Below, piece by piece: positions 15,801 through 24,984 of a stretch of DNA of 32,062 nt. Origin of the DNA: a virus (taxonomy: Duplodnaviria > Caudoviricetes); IMG/VR virus record IMGVR_UViG_3300032219_001111, positions 1 to 32,062 of that record. One strand, given 5' to 3'. Under the pieces are notes generated by a model, which saw only the letters and a list, made by a program, of their open reading frames with translations, did not search any database and was not told where the DNA came from. The translations under genes were made by a program, and so were the position numbers. Positions within the stretch are counted from its first letter, which is position 1. Every line of letters begins with the position of its first letter.

Positions 15801-18800
15801 CCATCAAGCATCGGCGTGTTCGGCCGGTTGTAACGACTCAGAAGGGCGTCGTCTTCATCCTCAATGTTCTGCACCGGAGCCGTTACGTCCATGACGTAGT
15901 CGGCAAGCATGTCCTTGGTGATGCGCTCCTTGCTGCCGGTCATGATGTCGCGGAAGGTCTTGTGTACGGCGTAGTTCTCGTCGAAACCAATAACCTTTTT
16001 CAAGCCTTCAAACAGGCGACGCACTGCTGCTTTGAAGCGCTGCCAGTGACCACCCAGTTGCGCTGCCATGAGGGGCTCAGCATTGACCGCCCAGTACTCA
16101 GACGGGCTGATGTACTGGTACATCTCGTATGACGGCAGTAGGCCAATGGCTTTTTCGTAATTGGCTGTGTTTGGTTTATCAAGGAAATTCAGCACAGCCT
16201 CGAAATACTTCTGGTGCTTTTCATCTTGATGCTTTGCAATCGCCCGATCCAAAGCTTTTTGCCACTGCTCCACCATAACCACGCGCTGTTCTGGAGTCAT
16301 CATCTGCTCCAGCGTGTGGGTCAATTCATGGCGAATCGTGGATGGATTGGTTACTCCAGAGCTGGCCTTGTACAAACGCACAATGCGCTTCATCGGCAAG
16401 AACGACCCAGCCGCCCGGTCCATGCCCTCCGGCGCCTGCTTAACACTAAGCAGAAGGCCATTCAGCAGGTTGGGATACTTGTCGTACGCGGCCTTGATGA
16501 CGTTCAGCACCTCTTCGCTGATGTTGCCGTCGTCGTATTCCTTAAGAGCGCGGGCCAGGAACTGCTCCGGGCTATCGCGGCGCTCCCTGCTCATTAGCAA
16601 AGCATGTTTGAGATCAGCAGCACGCTCCAACATGCTCTTGATTATTAGCGGCTCACCAACCTGAATACGTTGCTCAGCCACCTTGCGCGGGATAGCAGCC
16701 AGGCGCTGACGCAAACTTTTCAGTTCAGACATCTGCTCTTCGCGGATCAGCGCTTCTCTTGTCACAAGCTCAACTGTGACTGGCCGTTCGGTGGGCTCGA
16801 CGTTGGCAAAGATATCTGCTTGCGTCGTATCAAACGCTCCGACGTTACTGATAGCCGACTTAATCTGTTCTGGTTCAAACGCTACAAACACACGCTGTTT
16901 GTCAAACTCAGTGCTGCTGCCAAACTCATCAAGCTCTTTGCGCATTGACTTTAGCGTCTGCTCCAGCCGCTCGCGCTTCTGTGTATAGGGCTGGCGATCT
17001 TTGCGCGGAACAGAAAACTCGTCACGCTTAGCACGCTCAACGGCGTCTTGCATGTCCGTGATGTCTTGCATCAAAGATTCATTGGCCGTTTGTTCAAACT
17101 CAATACCGTCGTAGCCTTGAGCCTTTAATTCTTTGCGCAACTCTTCTGCCGATCCTCGACCGGGCGCTTCCTCAGGCATTGGGCGGCCTGCCGCGCGGTG
17201 CATGTCACGGAGAAATTCGTTGAAGGTGCGGTAAATCTTGGGGTTCTTGATGTTGAGGTATACGGGCATCAATATGCGCCCGTACAAGCCAGCACCTTCT
17301 TGTGAGCTAGGGTTATTGGAGAACCATGACCCAACAGTGTCCATTGACACTTGCCGCCATTCCGTAGACTTCAGGCGGTCAAAAATTTTGAAGTCATCTT
17401 TCTCGGTCCCGTGGTACATCCTAATTGGATGACCTTGGGCGTCGACCAAAACGCTATCTCCAAACTCTTTCCAGAAGTTGCGGATGCCGTCTTCTGTCGG
17501 GTAGATTGGCAAGCCATCACTGTTAGTAGTGGGGCGCTTTTTTCCATTAACCACAACGGAGTCTGCCAACGCCTGTTGTGGAGCTTGCGTTTGGTCTGGT
17601 ATTTCTTGCTCATAAACAACCGTGCCATATTCGCCTGTATCAAATTCTGGAATATGGCGAACGTCAATACCGTCATAGCCCAATCTCTTCATGACGCGCG
17701 TTGAAGCACTATCAACGTACGCGTTTGTATGGGCTACTTGCTCGTATTCAGCCTTGGCTTCTTTAACTACATCTTGAATAACTTGATATATGTCTTCTAC
17801 GGTTTCCCCTTTATTGCTATAAAGGGTTCCCATCCAAATGTTGATTGCTGCTTGGCGTATATCACGTTCGCGTGTTGGAAAATCATTGACCATACGCAAG
17901 CCATCATGCAGTAGCTGCGCGTCTTTGGCGTCTCGCGGTGTGGCCAGCGTGTATTTAGACAAATCAATTTTAATGATTGGTCGATTGGCCCTTGAAGACG
18001 CTTTGATCTTTTGTTTAGACGAGTACATGTACACGCCCGTGCCAAAGTGTCCGGTGCCTCGCCCAGCCATACGCCCAAGAACGGTGTCACGCGCGTACTG
18101 TCCGTTGCCAGCGTGATAGCCAAATTCTGGCTCAGAGCCAAACTCTGGCTCAATGTTGAAATACTCTCGTTCGCCGGGCTTACCTTGACTGACTTGCTTA
18201 GTCAGGTTAGCAAGATTCTCTAATTTGTTTTCTTCTTTAACTAGCTGCAAAGCCAACGGCAAACGGCTAAGTTCTGATGCGCCAAGCGGCGTGTTAGGAC
18301 CAATTGCGTTGTATGTATTAACTATGTTCTTGAGCTCATCAACTTGACGTTGTAGCTCACGATGCTCTAAAGAATTTGGAAATTCTGATTTTTTAAGCGC
18401 GCCCTCTGCTTTGGTTACCGCTGTCCAAATTTTTTGAATTTCTGGCTTGTAGCCCTTCAACCGCTTAATACCTGCAACGCGGCTTTCTTCCATCTCCGCC
18501 GCTTCTTCCGCTTCTTCTTGCGCCTCAATCTGCGCCTCTCTACGCGCAGTCATGTCAACGACACGGGCCGCTTTTGCCTTCTTACCCCGTGACTGCTCAA
18601 TAGCATCCACTTCTTCCTTGATGGCATCGAACTCTTGCTTAGCCTCTAGGAACTGGTCATCGTTGAGCTCGCCACGACGATACGCAGCACGCGCATCCTC
18701 CATGTTCTTGTAGGCGCGGCGATACCACTCGACCACTTCGGGGTATGTCAGGCGTTCGCCGTCTAGGTTCTCAATGGCATAGGTGGGCTCTGCGCCCTTG

Positions 18801-21682
18801 AGCTCAGCCGGCTTCTCTTTCGCAACAGCCGGCTCTTGCGAGGCGAACAGGTCACCCATGCCAGACAGTTGCTGATCTGGAGTCTGACCAAGCTCAAACA
18901 AACCAACAGTTTCATCAGCACGAGCACGCTCTGCTGCCTGTTGCTCTGCCTGTCTGACTGCACCTTCTTCAGCCCGGAGGCGACGCTCTTCAGCTGCCGC
19001 TGCCTCTTCACGCGCACGGATCTCTTCTTCCGTTTCACCACGCAGGGTCAGCTCAGGAGCTTGAACACCACGAGCCTGGCGGATCTCGCCAATCAGGTCA
19101 GGGTTGGTCGACCAGTTATCCCAAGCTGCCTTAGCCTGACGCAGCTCTTGGATACGCTGATTAACAGCGTTAGGGTCACGGATGTCGATGCCCTCTGCCT
19201 TGGCGATCGCCGGGTTCTTGGCTGCACCACTGATAGCCGAGAGGCGCGTTTGGATTTCTCTTTGCTTGCGAGCCGCGACTTGTGCCATGGCTTGCGCTTC
19301 TTTCAAAGCGCTGTCGTCAAAGCCAAACATGTCCGTCGTGGTGTTGTTCTCTATGCCCAACGCCTTGACGGCTTGCATCATGTTGACCGCCATGTTGGCC
19401 GACTTGCCATCCATGACAGCCTGAAGACCCACGCCTTGTAGACGCGAGTCGTTAGGTGCGTTTAGCGCGATGAAGTACGCCGCTTCATCGGGGACTTGGT
19501 CGTTACGAATTGCGGCAACGAGCTCATCACTTCCTTGAGTTGCGACGGTGAAAGCCCTTTTGCCCGTTGCTCTTGCCAGAAGTCCTCTTGACTCGGCATC
19601 TTGCGGGTCGATCCCGGACGCTTTGAAATAGTTGACATAGTCTTTGACCTTTCCTTGTCCATCACGGATGTTCAGCTCGGCATCCAACACGGCTGCCATC
19701 TGCGGCGTGAAGCCTTGGGCCTCATCGTAAATCTGAGACGGAATAGTTTTTTCACCACTACGTCGAGCCAGATCCAAGCGGTGACGACCAGAGATGACCT
19801 CTAGGCTCCCATCGTTGCGACGCCACACTTGAATAGGAGCTACCCCACCACGCTCAAACTTGCCGCCAAGAGGCTCAACCACGCCCTTCTCATCAGCGCC
19901 CATCTTGAACTGCGGCACATCCTTGGAAAGAGTTAGATCTTTCAACGGTATAAAAACCGTTGGCAGATCTTCAGCCGACGTTTCGGTAGGCGGCTCCGGC
20001 GCCTTGGGCTCTGCCTGAATCGGCGGCATCGGCGTTTCAACAGGGGGCGCTGCACGTGTACCACCCAGCCTATCCCGGCGCTTCATGATCCGGTCAAGCG
20101 CTTCCTCTTCGCCAAACCCAGTGGCTAGGTAGCCAGTAACAAGGTTCTGCTCTTCCTCAGTCAGGTCAGCTGCTGATTCTGGAATGGTTTCTGCTGCCGA
20201 CACAATGCCGGGGATACCTTCCGTGGGCGCAGGGGCTGGCGGTTCTTCGCCAACAAATGGCTCTACCTTGCCGGGAGTTGGAGCGGCAGCTTCTTGGATT
20301 GGACCTAGCGGAGATGGTGCAACGCGCGGCTCTGTCGGTTCGGCAGCGCGACGTCCTGCCAATAGCTCAGCGCCTTTGACACCGCCCATCATCACGCCAC
20401 CCTGCATGATGGTTTGCGTCAGGGTATCGCCGGCCTGCTGCAGATAGTCTTTGAAACCAGCCTGTGGGTTCAGAGCAAAGCTGGGATATTTGTCAGCCAG
20501 GAATTGAGTGACAGTAGTGAGCTGCTCACCGGGGATCTGGCTAATGATGTACCGCGATACAGCATCGGTAGCTTCATCAAAGCTCTTTTTACCAAAAGCT
20601 TTCCTGACGCCGTTGGTCAAACCGGTCAAACCAAAACGTTCACCAAGTATTTCTGCAGCAGCAAAAACACTGGCACGCTTAGCAGCAGACTCCCGATCAA
20701 GCCCACGGCTTACGCCCTCGGTATAGTTTTGGCCAAACGATTGCACGCCCATAACGGCCAGCGGAATGACTGCTCCACCGCTAACAATCCCACCAAGAAT
20801 GCCGGGGATGTTTTGAGTCAGGCTGCTGATAGCGCCTTCAAAGTTACGCGACAGATAATCAGGGCGCTCACCAATAGCTTCAACGCGCCCAGCCGCCTGC
20901 TCTGCTCCAGCCTTTTGCGTATCAGCAAAATCAGGCGCACCAACAAAATCACCAAGCGCTTGGTTTAGACCGAGCACGCTCTGCTTGTAGCCGTAATAAC
21001 CTTTAACAGCACCACGAACCACTGGATTAAGGGTTTTGTATTGACTGGCTAGATCAAAATCAAACTTTGATTCCTTAGCCTGAGGGATCACCTCTTCCGT
21101 TGGCAAGCCTTCAATGGCGCTTTGAGCAGCCATGTTAGAAGCGGTTTGCGGAGATGCACCCTGACGTCTAGCTACGCGCTCACGAGCTTCTTTGCGTGGG
21201 TCTCCAAGATCAGAGATACGCCGAGCCATCGACCCTATTTGGGTTTCTAGACCCTTTGTGGCTGCGTCTTGCTGTTTGTATTGCTGGTCACGGTATGCAA
21301 AGTACATACCTTCCAACGTCTGCCGCTTATCTTTGGTGCGGCCGCTAATGATCTTGTCTCGCTCTTCGGGAGACAAGGCATCATATTTACGATCAAGCTG
21401 ACGCCGAGCATCTTCGCTTAGCGGCGGCGGTGATGGTTGTGTCGGCGGCACATAGTCTTCCGCACGGCCCACAACAGGAGCTGCGGGCTGGCTAGGAGAC
21501 GGGGCAAAGAAATCAGTTACCGCTGTCTTGGCGCGCTCAAGAAAGCCAGCTTCTGGCTTATCAAATTGGTCAAAAGGATTAGCCGCCTGGGCTACTGGCG
21601 CTTCATCAAACTGATCAAACGGATTTGGGGATGCCGAATCAAACTGGTCAAACGGATTTTCTTTCCGGTCCATGTCATCCAC
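12869..21682 (-). CDS. Large polyvalent (probably virion-delivered) protein: ParB-like, two ART-PolyVal-like, HExxH metallopeptidase and LPD38-like domains
   Basis: 2937 aa. APIQVW...VISGRHRL (~19960-19660); YHAG...GTGVY...GYDGI (~18122-17605); MYHGT...GSWFS...YLNIKNP...GYDGI...VAFEPEQIKS (~17560-16810); HELTH (16330-16316) with a downstream SEYWA; LPD38-like C-terminus (~13950-13200). Confidence 0.88.
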   Translation of the reverse strand: MDDMDRKENPFDQFDSASPNPFDQFDEAPVAQAANPFDQFDKPEAGFLERAKTAVTDFFAPSPSQPAAPVVGRAEDYVPPTQPSPPPLSEDARRQLDRKYDALSPEERDKIISGRTKDKRQTLEGMYFAYRDQQYKQQDAATKGLETQIGSMARRISDLGDPRKEARERVARRQGASPQTASNMAAQSAIEGLPTEEVIPQAKESKFDFDLASQYKTLNPVVRGAVKGYYGYKQSVLGLNQALGDFVGAPDFADTQKAGAEQAAGRVEAIGERPDYLSRNFEGAISSLTQNIPGILGGIVSGGAVIPLAVMGVQSFGQNYTEGVSRGLDRESAAKRASVFAAAEILGERFGLTGLTNGVRKAFGKKSFDEATDAVSRYIISQIPGEQLTTVTQFLADKYPSFALNPQAGFKDYLQQAGDTLTQTIMQGGVMMGGVKGAELLAGRRAAEPTEPRVAPSPLGPIQEAAAPTPGKVEPFVGEEPPAPAPTEGIPGIVSAAETIPESAADLTEEEQNLVTGYLATGFGEEEALDRIMKRRDRLGGTRAAPPVETPMPPIQAEPKAPEPPTETSAEDLPTVFIPLKDLTLSKDVPQFKMGADEKGVVEPLGGKFERGGVAPIQVWRRNDGSLEVISGRHRLDLARRSGEKTIPSQIYDEAQGFTPQMAAVLDAELNIRDGQGKVKDYVNYFKASGIDPQDAESRGLLARATGKRAFTVATQGSDELVAAIRNDQVPDEAAYFIALNAPNDSRLQGVGLQAVMDGKSANMAVNMMQAVKALGIENNTTTDMFGFDDSALKEAQAMAQVAARKQREIQTRLSAISGAAKNPAIAKAEGIDIRDPNAVNQRIQELRQAKAAWDNWSTNPDLIGEIRQARGVQAPELTLRGETEEEIRAREEAAAAEERRLRAEEGAVRQAEQQAAERARADETVGLFELGQTPDQQLSGMGDLFASQEPAVAKEKPAELKGAEPTYAIENLDGERLTYPEVVEWYRRAYKNMEDARAAYRRGELNDDQFLEAKQEFDAIKEEVDAIEQSRGKKAKAARVVDMTARREAQIEAQEEAEEAAEMEESRVAGIKRLKGYKPEIQKIWTAVTKAEGALKKSEFPNSLEHRELQRQVDELKNIVNTYNAIGPNTPLGASELSRLPLALQLVKEENKLENLANLTKQVSQGKPGEREYFNIEPEFGSEPEFGYHAGNGQYARDTVLGRMAGRGTGHFGTGVYMYSSKQKIKASSRANRPIIKIDLSKYTLATPRDAKDAQLLHDGLRMVNDFPTRERDIRQAAINIWMGTLYSNKGETVEDIYQVIQDVVKEAKAEYEQVAHTNAYVDSASTRVMKRLGYDGIDVRHIPEFDTGEYGTVVYEQEIPDQTQAPQQALADSVVVNGKKRPTTNSDGLPIYPTEDGIRNFWKEFGDSVLVDAQGHPIRMYHGTEKDDFKIFDRLKSTEWRQVSMDTVGSWFSNNPSSQEGAGLYGRILMPVYLNIKNPKIYRTFNEFLRDMHRAAGRPMPEEAPGRGSAEELRKELKAQGYDGIEFEQTANESLMQDITDMQDAVERAKRDEFSVPRKDRQPYTQKRERLEQTLKSMRKELDEFGSSTEFDKQRVFVAFEPEQIKSAISNVGAFDTTQADIFANVEPTERPVTVELVTREALIREEQMSELKSLRQRLAAIPRKVAEQRIQVGEPLIIKSMLERAADLKHALLMSRERRDSPEQFLARALKEYDDGNISEEVLNVIKAAYDKYPNLLNGLLLSVKQAPEGMDRAAGSFLPMKRIVRLYKASSGVTNPSTIRHELTHTLEQMMTPEQRVVMVEQWQKALDRAIAKHQDEKHQKYFEAVLNFLDKPNTANYEKAIGLLPSYEMYQYISPSEYWAVNAEPLMAAQLGGHWQRFKAAVRRLFEGLKKVIGFDENYAVHKTFRDIMTGSKERITKDMLADYVMDVTAPVQNIEDEDDALLSRYNRPNTPMLDGKPLGTFLLDQWKNGKQLFKDFVNDPVEAAKDTGDSAFDAAISARMKNVWFGAGLESRDFNRYGGQLRTSEGLAVASVALDNAIHSANIGIQVIFQGGLAYDPRFNRFVAVDRKLGMRGVYEAEKRMKDRLGAQKATNLINGYLEAKRSISIMNELYDRQDVYEGAKEDLERAVNEGASEKEIQDAKDLVADAQNSLNAVQKASSSVLMSEQEMRDFAALDKRHPELREIMQNFNAVNQNLLRVWRDVGLLSEERYNSLSNIKDYVPWQRLMEDGEDPHTPLQSTTRNLANIGREKLFKRGAPTDVLDFKAKEGQNTFEVPASTVLRVEVDGKKVPTDLLSVTEDGKVRIDQPIEEGSLVVFKVTRPINNIIENMTQNVMRMSMNAIRHYAAARIVYEYGTRAPDGKLMTFPKVDKAKNRFNFIIDGQKVVVEISDPLVAASIYGMENLDLEMWKPLAMVSNFVRRSITLSGAFQIEQVLKDAPTAAMVTGVKRPDKLIGGVLKGLVTSLVQPAGKAAGVDIEPTINILRAAGIGGFHSPSRTSEETVKRRIGVMNRNTYSAMIQMLDHIGDSADMAQRVAVYKRVLAETGDEMQAVYQAANVINFLHRGSAGYAQALFKTVPFMSAYANATDVLANALIGGNLKGMSRAKAMQRLAITTAMLSSLTLLYCMLVGGDPDYEELDDQTKMRNIIVPGTKIKLPMNTSAAYIWKAVPEMLYNTIINEGTKNEVDRTRLKKALSQAAKDMLLGPEPIPAGVRPVMEVVMDHNFFTGRGLIPENLKRVEGFEQWDASTSELAKGISSYTEIPGTDGKRVLSPIEADHLIRGLFGSVGFTAQWISNAIGEHNGDRPELTGRETPVVGRFIRPEVGRANEDLFYDLKQRVDEKYQTWKTLMDRGDIKAADAYEEKNSDLLDMYRDVNKFNDALGQINSEIRELGTAKDLDMTPEQRRKEITDLQREKMELVDDIREMRKEAGL

Positions 21683-23129
21683 CTAATGCGCGAGCGGCTG
21701 CCCCCTTACCGTATTTTGCATCAAACGCTGCCCGATGAGACGGGTCGTTGTTTGCTTTAAGGAAACCAATGGCCTTGTCCGGTATGGCTGATTGCGCGGG
21801 CGATGCCTGAGGTGCAGGGGCCGGTGAGGGCGCTGCTCCGCCCACCGGCATATTGTAGTAATCCTGGATCAACTTTCGTTTATATGCTATAGCCGCATCA
21901 GGACCATATTTATTCTTGATGTTTTTCATTTCTCTAGCTTCTACGCTGCGAGGATTATCAAGAGCTTTGGTGACTGCATCTACAGAAGAATCCAAACGAC
22001 GCTGATCAATGCCAGCTCGCTGAACGTCTTGTTCACCAATTGCCGCCGCGCCGCGTTGTTGAACACTAGCAAACTGAGGTTGTTGTTTGGCAAGGATGTA
22101 AGCATCACCAGCCTGTCTACGCAACTGTGCTACCGATGCCTTGGGATTTTTTTCCAACGCATCTGCCACGTAATCCTCTACATACGTGCGGTAGTCCGTG
22201 ATCTTATCCTTAGCCGCAGCAATCTGAGCAGCGCGCACCCTAGCGTTAGCTGTAGCCTCACGGCCCTTCTCTTCAAGCTCAGTCTTGTACAAACCCAGAC
22301 CACCAGTAATGTCAGCCATGGCCTGCTCACGAGCCTGCCTTGACAGGCTACTACGAGCCAGCAGGTTCTCAAGGCCAGCTTTTTCACGAGCTGCCTCATC
22401 CTGAGCAAACAGCGGAGCCACTTGCTTTAAGCCACCACTGATAGCAGCCAGCGGGTTGTAGGCTTGATCAGACGAACCAATCGCCCCGGCCAGCTCAAGG
22501 AACCGGTAGCCCTCCGCCCGCTTGGCGTTTGCTTCTGCGTTCTCTGCTTGCTTAATCAACGCTGCTCTTACTGCGTCGTCTTCAGCTTGCGTTGAAGGCA
22601 AACCGCTGGTCAGCCTTCTAAACCGATTAACCGCCTTAACAGCATCATCTTCACCCGGAGAAGAAACCAAAGAACTGATGCCTTCGCGGGTCTGTTCATA
22701 GTCTGACCCAAAGACTGCCTCTGGGCTGGTTGCAACATCCAACCTTTCTCTCATCCCTTGCGGAATCCTAAAACCAAAATCGTCTTCTTCATCTACCAAA
22801 CCACGGCTCGCATAGCCGGGTGCACCACCATGGGCAAACGCTACAATCCCACCGGGGGCGTAGTTGTATTCGTCTACTGGAAGGTTAGATTCCAAGCCCG
22901 GCAAGCCTTGATCAGCCTGCTGCAGGATCTCTTCTGCAACAGTAGGCGCCCCTTCTTGCGGAGCACCCTGGCCAGCCATGGCCATCTGCATCATCTTTTC
23001 TTTCTGGGTCTTTTCTTCAATCAACGGGATGGCGATATACGCCGGCACCACGCCTTGATTGAGAGCAGCCTGCAGCTCTGCTTTGCTGAAGCGCCCAGGG
23101 TTAGCCATGATCTGTTGTGCAATGCTCAT
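21675..23129 (-). CDS. Putative internal virion/DNA ejection protein
   Basis: Ala/Gln-rich and helical; lies between another ejection-like gene and the giant gene; GGAGG RBS. Confidence 0.7.
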   Translation of the reverse strand: MSIAQQIMANPGRFSKAELQAALNQGVVPAYIAIPLIEEKTQKEKMMQMAMAGQGAPQEGAPTVAEEILQQADQGLPGLESNLPVDEYNYAPGGIVAFAHGGAPGYASRGLVDEEDDFGFRIPQGMRERLDVATSPEAVFGSDYEQTREGISSLVSSPGEDDAVKAVNRFRRLTSGLPSTQAEDDAVRAALIKQAENAEANAKRAEGYRFLELAGAIGSSDQAYNPLAAISGGLKQVAPLFAQDEAAREKAGLENLLARSSLSRQAREQAMADITGGLGLYKTELEEKGREATANARVRAAQIAAAKDKITDYRTYVEDYVADALEKNPKASVAQLRRQAGDAYILAKQQPQFASVQQRGAAAIGEQDVQRAGIDQRRLDSSVDAVTKALDNPRSVEAREMKNIKNKYGPDAAIAYKRKLIQDYYNMPVGGAAPSPAPAPQASPAQSAIPDKAIGFLKANNDPSHRAAFDAKYGKGAAARALGG

Positions 23130-24574
23130 GCTTTTCCTCCCAGAGCCTTACGCAGAGCAAGCCTTTCAATACCACCAGTCTTAATCTGACCACCAGCCTT
23201 GCGGCCTGTACCGGAAATACCACGAGCAGCCGCTGCAATCGTTGCAGCTGTAGTGCCCATAGCCGGACCAGCACGATAGGTCGAAGCTGTCGTCGACTCA
23301 GTCGGCAAGCCACGCAGCATGGCGTTCATGAATGACAGCTGTTGTTGCGGATATGCCTGTGCTTGTGCGTAGTTATTGATAGCCGAATCTATAATGCCTT
23401 GCTGGCGTGCCTGTTGTTCAGCACCAATACGGTTCTGCAATTCCAAAATCCCGGTCTGCCCAGCCAACTGTTGTGTACCCAGAGACCCCAACGTGCCAGC
23501 CGCTTGATTGGCCAAACCGTATCCTGACTGAGCGCCAGATACACCTTGCAAGCCCGCCTGTGCACCTTGAATACCGGTTTGGGCACCTTGCATACCAGCC
23601 TGTTGGCCAGCGATCGCTTGACCAATACCCGACAAACCCAGCTGACCACCTTGCAGCGCAGTGCCTAGACCAGCCTGAGCACCAGACAAGCCCTGCAAAC
23701 CAAGCGCGGCACGCTGGTTGATGTTCTGTTGTGCCTGTTGATATGCGCTCTGCAAACCTTGAGCTTGAATGGCATCAAGCTGAGTTTGTAGAGCACGATT
23801 AGCTTCTGCGTTTTCAATAGCTTGACGAGCGCCGCCAAAAGCACCAGCACGAGTAGCTGCCGTCTTTCTTCCCTGTGCAGCAATGTCCGCCTGGCGCTGT
23901 GCCGCAGCAACCTGAAGATCAGTAACGTTTTGCTGATACGGCGACATATACGCTTGATATGCGCGGGGATCGGTAGCCATCTGGCCGTACAGATCACCCA
24001 TGCCAGCTGCTTGGGCAGCATAGTCCTGAGCTTGGCTACCAATCATTCGCCCATAGTCTTGGGCTTGCAGGGCCATCTCACCAATGTTAGCCGCGCGCTG
24101 ACCATAACCAGCACCCATGCCGCCGTAATTGGCGCCCATGTTGCCGTAGTCATAAGCACGCTGAGCGCTGTCCAAACCGCCCATGCCAGCCATGTTGGCC
24201 AGTCGAGTGCCTTGTTGGAACTGCCCCGGCATTTGAAGGTTGGCAGCGTTGTACTGGACCTGTTGTTGCAGAGGGCTAAAGCCTGCTACGTAATCCTGAG
24301 GATTGGCGCTATAAGGAACGTATGGCTTGAACCCCTCAATCTGCAGATTGCCTTTGGAATCTTTCGATGTATTGAAGAGTTGCTGCATCGTTGCGCCAAG
24401 CATCGGGCCGGCATAGGGCTCCAAATACTTAGGAATCGAGTTCTGGTAAACAGTTGAGCTGGTCGAACCACCGCCACCGCCTGTGCCATAAATGCGGCCA
24501 CCCGGCTTGGCTTGCGTCGCAGATTCGCCAAACGGCTCACCAAGAGCTTCTAACTGACGACGAGAATAGTTCAT
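23126..24574 (-). CDS. Putative DNA ejection/pilot protein
   Basis: Gly/Ala/Gln-rich with AGAFGGARQ and an N-terminal GGGGGSTS; follows the GNAT gene as in podovirus core modules. Confidence 0.72.
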   Translation of the reverse strand: MNYSRRQLEALGEPFGESATQAKPGGRIYGTGGGGGSTSSTVYQNSIPKYLEPYAGPMLGATMQQLFNTSKDSKGNLQIEGFKPYVPYSANPQDYVAGFSPLQQQVQYNAANLQMPGQFQQGTRLANMAGMGGLDSAQRAYDYGNMGANYGGMGAGYGQRAANIGEMALQAQDYGRMIGSQAQDYAAQAAGMGDLYGQMATDPRAYQAYMSPYQQNVTDLQVAAAQRQADIAAQGRKTAATRAGAFGGARQAIENAEANRALQTQLDAIQAQGLQSAYQQAQQNINQRAALGLQGLSGAQAGLGTALQGGQLGLSGIGQAIAGQQAGMQGAQTGIQGAQAGLQGVSGAQSGYGLANQAAGTLGSLGTQQLAGQTGILELQNRIGAEQQARQQGIIDSAINNYAQAQAYPQQQLSFMNAMLRGLPTESTTASTYRAGPAMGTTAATIAAAARGISGTGRKAGGQIKTGGIERLALRKALGGKA

Positions 24575-24984
24575 AGCGTTACCTCTACAAGGTTGGTGCG
24601 GTGCTTAAACCCACACTTATCCAACAACCTAACCATTGACTCTCTGCAAAACGCTTGCACTTTTGTCGCCCCAAGCCGCTTTACGATCTCAACAAACTGT
24701 TCAAACATCTCCGGGTTGGCCACAAACTTGCCGCCCGTTGTGGTCATGAACGCTACCCGATGCAGGGGATAGTTGGTAAACGACACCGTTGCCGCCCCAT
24801 GCACCATCCCATCATCATCCACAACCACCAATAGCAACCACTGACCACTAACAACAAACTGTCTGACATGGTGGATGTTGTACTCCGCATCCCCTGGGTC
24901 TTTCTCTAACGCATCTGCCAAATACTTTTCTGCTGCCGGCCACATCTGCTGGATGTAGTTTGCATCCACATAGTGCAGCTTCAT
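24571..24984 (-). CDS. GNAT-fold virion assembly protein (T7 gp13-like position)
   Basis: 137 aa, alpha/beta pattern ending in RLLDKCGF; GNAT-like motif and synteny. Confidence 0.65.
   Translation of the reverse strand: MKLHYVDANYIQQMWPAAEKYLADALEKDPGDAEYNIHHVRQFVVSGQWLLLVVVDDDGMVHGAATVSFTNYPLHRVAFMTTTGGKFVANPEMFEQFVEIVKRLGATKVQAFCRESMVRLLDKCGFKHRTNLVEVTL

Noticed and set aside
12869-21682. Virion RNA polymerase or intein in the giant ORF
   Set aside because: I found no polymerase catalytic motifs or intein splice-junction motifs; the recognisable domains fit a polyvalent protein.
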